Origin: the human T2T-CHM13v2.0 reference genome, Homo sapiens
Assembly (NCBI RefSeq): GCF_009914755.1
Contig: NC_060931.1
Direction: 5' to 3' (one strand)
Length of the DNA stretch: 64,000 nucleotides
The notes under the pieces are model-generated. The model was given only the letters and a program-made list of their open reading frames with translations, was not told where the DNA came from and ran no database searches. This document shows positions 51,605-64,000 of this stretch, piece after piece. Position 1 is the first letter of the stretch, and the number at the start of each line of letters is the position of its first letter. A program made the position numbers and the translations under genes.

Positions 51605-51792
51605 ATGATCAACATGGGAGACTCCCACGTGGACACCAGCTCCACCGTGTCCGAGGCGGTGGCCGAAGAAGTATCTCTTTTCAGCATGACGGACATGATT
51701 CTGTTTTCGCTCATCGTGGGTCTCCTAACCTACTGGTTCCTCTTCAGAAAGAAAAAAGAAGAAGTCCCCGAGTTCACCAAAATTCAGACATT
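51605..51792 (+). CDS. POR: POR first coding exon (exon 51601-51792): lumenal N-terminus and ER transmembrane anchor of NADPH-cytochrome P450 reductase
   Basis: MINMGDSHVDTSSTVSEAVAEEVSLFSMTDMILFSLIVGLLTYWFLFRKKKEEVPEFTKIQT(L): a hydrophobic helix followed by RKKK. Acceptor tttctgtctcctaacag ends at 51600; donor TT|GTAAGT at 51793 (phase 2). Confidence 0.98.
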
Positions 51793-52446
51793 GTAAGTGC
51801 CGCCTCTCAGCCTCCTCTCTCTGTCCCTCTTCTGTCACCACTCCAAGCAGTGTCCTGCATGCGGGCCTCAGGCTGAAAGAAGCAAGGCTCCTTGTAGCAT
51901 TTTGGGGTGACTCTTGGGTTTTGCCTTCTTGCTAGATTGTGCTTGAGCTCTCCCTTAATCATCTCTTATGTGGGGTTTATAAGGCCCTTTTCTATCTGCT
52001 GTTTATATGACCTTCACAGGAAGCACTGCGAAAATGACACCAGTTTACAGATTAAGAACCGGGGGCTCAAGAATGTTAACGGGCCTGCCAGGGTCATTAG
52101 CCAGCAATAGCAGCGCTAGAGCTGGAACCCTTTTTTCCATTTATTTATTTATTTATTTATTTGGAGACATGGTCTCACTGTATTGCCCAGGCTGGAGTGC
52201 AATGGCGGTGGCACGATCAAGGTTCACTGTAATCTCCACCTCCCAGGCTCAGGCAGTCTTCCCACCTCAGCCTCCCGAGTAGCTGGGACTAAAGGTGTGC
52301 ACCACTATGCCCAGCTAATTTTTTTTTTTTTTTTTTTGAAGCAGAATCTTGTTCTTTCAACCAGTCTGGAGTACAGCGGTGCGATCTCGGCTCACTGCAA
52401 CCTCTGCCTCCCAGGCTCAAGCAATTCTTCTGCCTCAGCCTCCTGA

Positions 52447-52734
<288 letters not shown>

Positions 52735-53278
52735 TGAGCCACTGTACCCAGCCTAGAATTGGCATTTTAAAGTCTTTTTAAGGCTGTAGCCACCTGGAAG
52801 GCTATGTGCTAATGAGCACAAAATCTTTGGACAGGCCTTATTTTGTTGCTCTTTTAAACTTTTCATGAAGCTTCCTTTTAAGAATAAGTGAAAAAGATGG
52901 ATTAGTTAAAAGAAAAACGTTAAGGAAATAATAGTATAGATGGTATGTAGACAGAAAAAAATGATACCGAAGGTCTGCCTAAGTGACTGCATCCCTGTCT
53001 CTCCAAGATTGATTTCCATAAGCCACACGGAAAAGTCATTCTCCAGATTTTAGGGTCCTGCGGCCAGAATTACTTCCTGCGGTTACGCTTGGCTGTGTTT
53101 AACACCAGTCTCAGACTCCAGGGGCCCGCAGCCAGGTTTGAGTGGGGACCTGCCAGGTCAGGTCTGAGCCGAGGGAACTCCAGGGGCACGGGCCTGCTGC
53201 CTTCAGGGACTCCCTGGATTTGGCAAGGGGCAGGTCTCAGGGGCAGGATTGGGAGCCATTCTCAGACCAGAACCCCTT

Positions 53279-53421
53279 TCATTCTGTCTGTCTTCAGGGG
53301 ACCCAGTCCCAGCTGCAGCCTTAGCTTGCACCCCAGGGCCACCCTGGGCTGGTGCTGACACCAGTGGGGGCCATCTGTCATGTCAGTTCCAGTCCAAGGC
53401 TGTGGCTGTCTTGGCAGGAAC
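53279..53421 (+). repeat. Direct duplicate of ~51308-51450
   Basis: Shared gggacccagtcccagctgc.gccttagcttgcaccccagg.ccaccctgggctggtgctgacacca.tgggggc...tgtggctgtcttggcaggaac. Confidence 0.92.
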
Positions 53422-54325
53422 AAGCCACACAGAAAAGTCATTCTCCAAGGCTGGGCATGGTGAAGCATGCCGCTCACATCAAATCCCGATTCCCTATTCC
53501 AATCTGGGTATCAGCCTTCCCCGCCAGAACACTTACAGCCTTCACACCGTAAAGCAGATATTCACACAACACAGTTCTTATACCATGGACAGGGAATTAG
53601 TTTTACATTTTTAAAAACTGGGTTCAGGGCCAGGCACAGCGGCTCACGTCTGTAATTCCACCACTTTGGGAGGCCGAGGCGGGAGAAATCACTTGAGGTC
53701 AGGAGTTCGAGACCAGCCTGGCCAACATGGCGAAACCCCGTCTCTACCGAAAATACAAAAACTAGCTGGGCGTGGTGGTGCATGCCTGTAATTTCAGCTA
53801 CTAGGGAAGCTGAGGCAGAAGAATCGCTTGAACCCAGGAGGCAGAGGTTGCAGTGAGCCAAGAATGCGCCACTGCATTCCAGCCTGGGAGACAGAGTCCG
53901 TCTCAAAAACAAAACAAAACAAAACAAAACTGGGTTCAATCTTATCTCCATCATTGACTCACTGAGCAAACATTTCCTGAGGCCCTACCTACAGTGTCCC
54001 AGACACTATGCTAAGGTGTGTGGCTGCAGCAGTGAAGAAAATAGATGAATGCTGTCTTCATCAAGCTTACGCTCTAGTGGTGAGTGAACCCTGGGCGAGA
54101 CCTTAACCTCATTCTGCCTCAGTTTCCTCACCTGCTAAATGGAGGCAGTATTCCCAATCTTGTGGGGCTTTTGTCTTAAATGAGGAAGAGTCTATAAACT
54201 CACCTAGCACTGCCCCTGAGGGATAGGAGCTGTGTAGTGTTTGCGTTGATCGTATTTCGTGCCAGGCACTATGACGGGCACGATCAGGACCACAGAGCCA
54301 GCATTTATGTTAAGCTGGAAAATGA

Positions 54326-54650
<325 letters not shown>

Positions 54651-55661
54651 TAGAAATGCTTTGTGAACTGCTTTAACCTACATTGTCTAATCAGGGCCTC
54701 CTTGCAACAGCGCCGTGCGTTAGGTAGCGTGGGTTGCCTCATTTCTGCTCTCAGAGAGGTTATGGGATGTGCCCAGGGCACAGGCTGGAGAGACAGGCTC
54801 CGCCAGCTCTAAGAGAGAAGGAATTGGTGCGGGGATCAGACCAAGTCCTGCAGGAGGGGTGTTGGGCAGGTTCTTAAAGGTAGAGCCACACCCTGAAGCT
54901 GAAAGGACTTTAGAGCAGAGGGCCCGATATAGGAAGGGCAGATCAGCTGGAATCCAGCCCATCCTGTCCAGGGCTGGTACACGGGGCATTGCTGGTGTGG
55001 AATAGTACTTTTGATAAAAAAGCGTAGTAGTACTCAAGATAAAGAGACCAGGGTCCAGGACCCAGCTCCTGAACTGGCCCTTGTTCCCTCATCTGTAAAA
55101 TGGAAGTTCCGCCCCACCGCCGTGAGTGAGGACGTGGGTTGGCCCTGGGAGCCTGCGGAGCTGCCACCAAGGGAGGCAGCATTCCTCTCATAGCTCATCT
55201 GTTCTCGCTGTCACCTCCCTGGCCTTACAAGAGGAAGTTGACATAAAACCTGTAGACTGTGGGAGCTGTAGGGTCCCAAAGCACTTGTATTTTTTTGTTG
55301 ATTCTCACTGTTCCTCTTTGCCAGGATGCTGAAATTCTGTTCCCTCCACCTAATCATGATCTTCTAACCTTATGTGTGTGGAGATATGCAGTTTCCAGAG
55401 TCTTGTCTCTTCCCTCATTAAATCACACTGGATGCCTGCTGCAGCCAGGGCTTTTACCTGTACGCTGTACAAGACAAATATTTCTAGTACCATGGCTACA
55501 TTCTGGACCCTGAAGTTGGGTGCTCAAGGTTGAGTACTGACTCTCCCACATTAGCCATCTGACATCAGCCAGGTGACTTGATCTTTCCAAGTCTGTGTCC
55601 CCAACTGTAAGCTGGAGGTAGTAGTAGTACTTACCTCATAAGGCTGTGAAAACTGAGTTAA

Positions 55662-55946
<285 letters not shown>

Positions 55947-56480
55947 TGAAACTCCTGGGCTCAAGCAGTCTGCCTGCCTCGGCCTCCCAAAGTGCTGGGA
56001 TTACAGGCGTGAGCCACCATGCCTGGAGTGTGTTATTATTTTTATCCTTTTTATTAATACCATCTCCAGTCTTACAAGAGCCCTTCCACGAAGACATGAG
56101 CAGCCCATTTTGCGGATGAAGAAACCGAGGTGCCAGGGATTGCAGAGTTTGCCCAAGGCCACCTAACTTCTAAATAGCAGCAGAGTTGGCTTTTGAATGA
56201 AGTCTGCAAGCTCCACAAGCCATGTTTTCTCTACTTTGCCATGCTGCTCCTAATTTAGTGTTAATAGGCCTCCTACGATAGTGTTAGTCTCCTAAGATAG
56301 TGTTAATAGGCCTGGCATGGTGGCTCACGCCTGTAATCCCAGTGCTTAGGGAGGCTGAGGCACAAAGATTGCTTGAGCCAGGAGTTCAAGACCAGCCTGA
56401 GCAACATAGGGAGACCCCCACCCCCCCGCCATCTCTACAATAAACAAAAAAGAGTGGTGTTAATTTGTTAATTTACCGAC

Positions 56481-56679
56481 AAGGAGAGTATTCCTTATCT
56501 GAAGTGCTTGCCAGAAGTGTTTCAGATCTTGGACTTTGGAATGTTTGCATTATACTCACCAGATGAGCATTTCTTATCTGAAAATCTGAAATGCTCCAAT
56601 GATTCTTCCCTTTGAGGATCATGTTGACGCTCAAAAAGTTTCAGATTTCAGATTTTAGATTAGGGACATTCAGCCTGTA
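56481..56679. mobile_element. Tigger4a/MER46A-like TcMar-Tigger MITE
   Basis: gagtattccttatctgaagtgcttg..ccagaagtgtttcagat..gctcaaaaagtttcagatt..attagggacattcagcctgta resembles the recalled consensus. Confidence 0.75.
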
Positions 56680-56985
56680 GATGTTATTTTACAGAGCAGG
56701 AAGTTGGGTGTAGTGGTTCACACTTGTGATCCCAGCTCTTTGGGAGGCCAAGGCAGGAGGATTGCTTAAGCCCAGGAGTTGGAGACCAGCCTGGGCAACG
56801 TAGCAAGGCCCTGTCTCTATAAAAAATAGGAGAAAACTGAGGCTCAGAAAGGTCACCTAGCTGATACAACCAGGCCTCAAGCCTAGATCTCCTATTCTAA
56901 ATCCCACATCAGTGTCCCTGGCTACCGGTATTTCAGTGAGCACAGGTGATTTCTGTTATAGCCACAGAGCAGTAGGGAGTAATAG

Positions 56986-57430
<445 letters not shown>

Positions 57431-58416
57431 TAATATGGGAAGAGTTGACATCCTACAATATTGAGCTTTCTATTCCATGAACATTGTTTTATCCCTCCCG
57501 GGGAGGTCTTTTGGACTGTTTGTAATAGCAATTAATGACTTGTTAGAGAGGAGTGGTAATGAGCAACAAGTTCTTTTTCATAATAATAGTAGCAGTAATG
57601 ATAATAAATGGCTCTTCCTGCCAGGTGTGGTGGCTCACGCCTGGAATCCCACACTTCAGGAGGCCGAGGCAGGTGGATTGCTTTGAGCCCAGGAGTTCAA
57701 GATCAGCCTGGCAACATGACGAAACCCTGTCTCTACGGAAAAAATACAAAAATTAGCCAGGCACGGTAGCATACGCTTGTAGTCCCAGCTACTCAGGAGG
57801 CTGAGGTGAGAGGATCACCTGAGCCTGGGATGCCAAGGCTGCCGAGCGCCGAGCTCACACCGCTGCACTCCAGCCTGGGCGACAGAGCAAGACCCCCTCT
57901 CAAAATAATAATAATAATAATAATAATAATATATAATAATGACTCTTTCACGTCCACTCCCACTCACTCAGGTTGCACCTCTGAACAGAGCATTTCGCAC
58001 TGGGGCAGCTCATGCCCTAAGGGAGCCCCAGGGAATGCTCAGCCTCTTGAGTAGCTGGGGTGACGGGCACATGCCACCATGCCTGGCTTATTTATTTTTT
58101 TTTAAAGACATGGTCTCGCTCTGTTGCCCAGGCTGGGTCTTAACCTCCTGGCCTCAAGCAGTCTCCCTGCCTCAGCCTTGCAAAGTTCTGAGATCGCTCA
58201 CTGTGTAGGATCCAAAGTCCCACAGGATCCAGGGCTCCTGTGGGCTCTCTCTCCTGTGGGCCTGGCAGCTTTGCTCACCCTTATGGAACAACACCGCATG
58301 GCGTGCCCTCTTGGTGATGGAATTTGTATTTTTGCCTCCCATGGTGCAGAGAGCGTCCCATTTCCATCTGGGTCCCTACCTTAGTGCGGGGCTGCCTGTC
58401 GGAGGGAAGCTTCTCA

Positions 58417-58854
<438 letters not shown>

Positions 58855-59537
58855 TCAAATAAAAACTTAGACTTACAGCTTCTTTAAAAAAAAAAAAAAT
58901 AGAGGATCTGGTCATACTGGACCCACAGTGATGCCCACCAGCTGTGGGGCAGCTGAGCAGCGGCCCCATTCTGCACGAGGCCTGTGCGCTGCATTCACTC
59001 TGACCCTCCAGCCCGCTCAGGCTGCTGTGCTCATGTTGCCTCTACTGGCCCTGAGAAGCTCTGCAGTGCCCCCTGCACCTGTGCTTTGCTCCTGGAACGC
59101 TAGAGTGCTTTAAAGAAAAATAAAGCTTCTTATGGAACATTTCAAACACCAGAGTGTAGGGCACAGGAGAGTGGACCCCATACGCCTCCAGCCCCCAGTT
59201 TTCATAACTACTCACTCCTCGCCGGTCTTATTTCTTTCCGCTGCCCCCCACCGCCGCACCAGTCCTGGATTATTTTAATGCAATCCCCAGATGTCATATT
59301 TCATCAGGAAATGTTTCAGTCCTCTAAAATTCAAGGACTCGCCAGGCATGGCGGCTCATGCCTGTAATCCCAGCACTTCGGGAGGCTGAGGCAGGAGAAT
59401 CACTTGAAGCCAAGTGTTCGAGATCAGCCTGGGTAGCATAGCAAGACCCCGTCTCTACAAAAAACACAAACATTAGTCAAGTGTGGTGGCACATGCCTGT
59501 GGTCCCAGTTACTCAGAAGGCTGAGGTGGGAGGATCA

Positions 59538-59642
<105 letters not shown>

Positions 59643-61787
59643 TCAAGTATTCTCCTTTCTGAACATAACACAACGCCATCTTCACACCTTGGAAGTCAAC
59701 AGTAATTCTTCAGCATCGTTAGATACCCAGACAACATTTATTCATAGTTCCCTGATTGACTGATGTTTGATTTTGTTTAACAGTTTTTGTTTGTTTAATT
59801 CAGGATCTAAACAAGACCCATACACTGCAGTTGATTAATAAATCTTTCGTTTGGGAGAGGTCAGGTATATTCAGGTATAATTTGCATACAGTAAAATGCC
59901 CCCCTCCTCCCTTTTTTTTGAGACAGGGTCTTGCTCTGTCACCCAGGCTGGAGTGCAGGGGTGTGATCAGGGCTCACTACAGCCTCTACCTCCCAGGCTT
60001 AAGGGGATCGTCCCATCTCAGCCCCCTGAGTAGCTGGGGCTACGGGCATGTGCCACCATACTCGGCTAATTTTTATTTTTAATTTTAGTAGAGACAAAGT
60101 CTCACTATGTTGCCCAGGCTGGTCTTGTTCGAACGTCTGAGTTCAAGTGATCCTCTTGCCTCAGCCTCCCAAAGTGCTAGGATTAGGATTACAGGCATGA
60201 GCCACTGCACTGGGCCAACATTTTCCTCTTTAAGTGCACCAGTTCATGAGTCTTGACAGATGTATGTGATTCTGTAATCAGTATCATAATCGAAATCTAG
60301 AACATTTCATCACTCCGAAACAGTCCTGTCCTACCTCTTTGCAATCATCCTCCTCCATCGGGTAATCAGCCTCTGGCAACTGCCAATCTTATTTCTGTCC
60401 CTGTAGTTTAACATTTTCCAAAGCGTCACATAAATGGAATGATAGCACCGTGGGCTGCTGTGCCAGCGGTTTTTCCTTAGCGACACGTCAGCTCCCTTTC
60501 CATTCCTAAGCGTCCCTTCCATCCCGTTTCTTCCTTGAAACATCATTTGTATCACAGTTTCCCACAGTCTGGATTTTCCTGATTACGTCCCCCTGGAGAT
60601 TGCTTTTGAAAAGCCACAAAAGATCTCATTTTCCTGAGTGACCTTCCTTTTGGGGCCTGTTCTTGACAGAAAGCCCGGGAGGCCAGGGGTCAGGGCTGCC
60701 AGCATCACGTGTCTGTTTTTTATCTCCTGAGTGCCAACAGATGGGAAGTGGATCTGGGGGTCTTGCCACATCCAGTTCAGGGTCACTTTCTCTGTAGTGA
60801 GGTCCTTGGCTCCATCGAGCATGAAAAGAGAAATACAAATGAGACTGACAAAGAGGAAAGCATTAGGGGAAGCCTGTGGCCACGAGAGTAGACGGTGCAG
60901 GGGGCCCACTGCCTCCCGCTGCTGTGGGAACGGCGAGGACATGGGCCAGGGTGTTTCTGCCACTTCTGCAAGCACAGCTCTGGGTTTTCTGCTGCCATCT
61001 GACCTCCAAAGGGACCTCGCCTCCTCTCCTTCCTTTCCTGGTCCCTGATGAGATGGGGGAGGTTTCTGTCACTCTGACAAGTGCTTGAAACTCCAGACAT
61101 GGGCTGTCGGGAACTGTCGGGTACTGCCGTGCAGAGCGCATGTTGTCTGACCTCCTGACTTCACTGGGCCCTGTCGGGTGCAGGAGAGGGAGCTGTGGAT
61201 GGCACAGTGGGACACGTGCTCTACTGGCCTGGGGGTGGTGGGAATGCAGAGGAGGGGTATCCCCCATTGGGGGTGTGTCAGGGATGAGATGCCCCCACAG
61301 GAGCCTAGGAGGCCAAGTGTGGAGGCTGGGAGGTGAGGACACGCGGGGCTGTTCCAAGGGAGCCACATGCTGGTAGAGCCCAGGCACAGGTCACCAAGGG
61401 AGTCAGGGGTCGTGGGGGGTCAGAGGTCATAAAAGGAGTTGGGGTCACCAAGGAAGTCAGGTCATGGAGGGAGCTGACACAGGAGAGCATCTTAGAGGGC
61501 CTTGGGACCTTCCAAGGGGTATGGATTTTTTTCCCCAGCTTTATTGAGGTATAAATGACAAAAATTATATATATTTATCAGAGCATCTAAGTTTTTTTCT
61601 TTTTCTTTCTTTCTTTTTTTTTTTGAGATGGAGTCTTACTCTGTGGCCCAGGCTGGAGTTCAGTGGCACAATCTTGGCTCACTGCAACCTCTGCCTCCTG
61701 GGTCCAAGTGATTCTCCTGCCTCAGCTTCCTGAGTAGCTGGGACTACAGGTGCCTGCCACCACGCCCAGCTAATTTTTGTATTTTGA

Positions 61788-62254
<467 letters not shown>

Positions 62255-64000
62255 TAAAATGACATAATTGACAAATAAAAATTTTATACATATATTTAAA
62301 ATTATGTAAGTTCAAAGTATACAGTGTGATGTTCTGATATACGTATCTTAGCTGAGCATGGTGGCTTACACCTGTAATACCAGCTACTTGGGAGGCTGAG
62401 GCGAGAGGATCACTTGAAGCCAGGAGGTCAAGGCCAGCTTGGGCAACATAGCAAGACATCGACTCTACAAAAACTTAAAAATAAATTCAAAAATTAGCTG
62501 GGCATGGTGGTGTGGACCTGTCATCGCAGCACTTTGGGAGGCTGAGGCAGGAGTTGGAGGCTGCAGTGAGCTATGGTCACACCACTGCACTCCAGCCTGG
62601 GCAACGGAGCGAACCCCATCTCTAGAAAAACTAAAAAATCAATTTAAAAAAAATGACATATGTGGATGACGCTAACAGGGAGCTGGGGAAGCCTGTGTAG
62701 GATGGCGGTGTCTGGAGAGCGGTGGCCCCATGAAGCGCCATTTGGAGCTGGAGTGGAGGGAGCTGACTTGGAAGCAGGAAGATGGGCCAGGAGGCTGCTG
62801 GCCTCAGCCTAGCAGAAATTGACCAGGGCCGCTCGGCACAGATGGAGAGCCGAGTGCAAATGCAGGTGTCAGTGGATCAGAGAAAGGGCTCCAAGCCAGT
62901 GCTTTTGAAAACAATTCTGGGACCCTCATCACCCACCAGAGGTGATGTTCTTATCTCCATTTTACAAATGGCAGTGCTGATCCCAGGAGAGGGTGAGTGA
63001 CCTGGTCAAGGCTGACGTTAGCACATGAGAGCTGGGATTCCAGCCTGGGGCTTCCTGCACCACGCTTTTGCTCCCTCGGACCCCTAGCTCTTGTCATGGC
63101 CACCCCAGCCCACCCCTCCTTTCCATCCCCTTTGATTGCACACAATAGCAGAGCCACTTTGTGCCAGATCAGATGATCTTACTGTCTGAGGGTATGGCCT
63201 TTTCTTTCTGTCACCGATGGGCTGAATAACCCTGAGTTTCTCTTCTCTGTCTCCGGAAAATTAGCCCTAGTCCTGGCCACCCCCTGGCTCAGGGTCACTG
63301 CTGAGGTCGTCAGAAGAGCATCAAGGCTTTTGCGTGTGTGGAACAGCACAGCAGGCTTTCTGAGCTTCACAGACTTGCTCACGGAGTCCTGATGTGAACA
63401 CGTGCTGGAGGACATGGTCGGGGGGAATGAGGGAGCGGCAGCCCACCAGAGCCTTAGAGCATCCTGAGGACACGGCCCCAGGATCCTTGGGAAGGGCTGT
63501 GAGATGTGCTGCCTGAACGTGCCCGGGGCGCACTGCAGACAGGGTAAAGCCGGGGGAGGTGCACCTTGCTTGGGGAGCAGACAGGAACCCCGGGTGCTGG
63601 GCCACTGGGCCCTGGAGCTTTCACAGGCCTGGAGTTGAATTACCGCTTCACCCACCCTGAGCCTCACTGCCTTGTCAAGGTGGATAGAAACCCTTGCGCA
63701 CTGCACAGGGTGGTGAGGATTAAACAAAATAAAATAGAAAGCTTCTTGAATGCTAGCCAGCATGCAGTAGGCACTCAGTAAGAAGTCATTCCCTTCGCCT
63801 GTTTTGTCTCTGACCTGTGGCCACTCACACCTGCTTTCACCTCCCCCTGCCTGTAGCCAGCTGTCTCCAGCAGCTGCCCTCCCCACGTGTTCATCAGAGT
63901 CCCTGTCCGCAGAGACAGCTGCTGGCTTCTGTCTGAGCTCCAGCAAACCACTTTCTGTTTTCACCAAAGACTGGCGTTTCCAACCATTAGCCCCATGCCA

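Noticed and set aside
51605-51796. 63-aa stand-alone ORF
   Set aside because: The TAA lies within the donor GTAAGT. This is a spliced exon, and the peptide would arise only by intron retention.
56237-56313. Short repeats of agtgttaataggcct / gatagtgtta
   Set aside because: Small slippage duplications at an Alu insertion site; no structure suggesting function.
63179-63967. 262-aa minus-strand ORF
   Set aside because: No recognisable homology, non-ATG start, runs through MIR-like sequence; probably chance in GC-rich intron.

Overview
Human (or near-identical great-ape) DNA covering the 5' half of POR (NADPH-cytochrome P450 oxidoreductase, 7q11.23) on the + strand. It contains about 12.7 kb of Alu-dense upstream sequence, a TATA-less CpG-island promoter, non-coding exon 1 (12720-12797), a 38.8-kb intron 1, the first coding exon (51601-51792, membrane anchor) and 12 kb of intron 2. 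Intron 1 hosts MIR4651, a sense RPL7L1 processed pseudogene, the H/ACA snoRNA SNORA14A, a Cheshire/hAT transposase fossil and a 3'-deleted SVA. Nearly all other ORFs in the track are Alu, SVA or low-complexity artefacts. Strongest leads: (1) candidate intronic enhancers, namely a DR3/DR4 nuclear-receptor cluster with E-box and D-box at 18.4-18.7 kb and a double NRF2 ARE at 35.7 kb; (2) three local templated duplications, one an inverted copy 37 kb away that brackets exon 2; (3) a stop-free 192-nt exon-2 circle and a cryptic in-frame upstream exon; (4) SNORA14A as a retrocopy inserted into the transposase catalytic motif. I found no new protein-coding system. Motif and isoform claims are inferences that need testing, and repeat subfamily calls are by eye.
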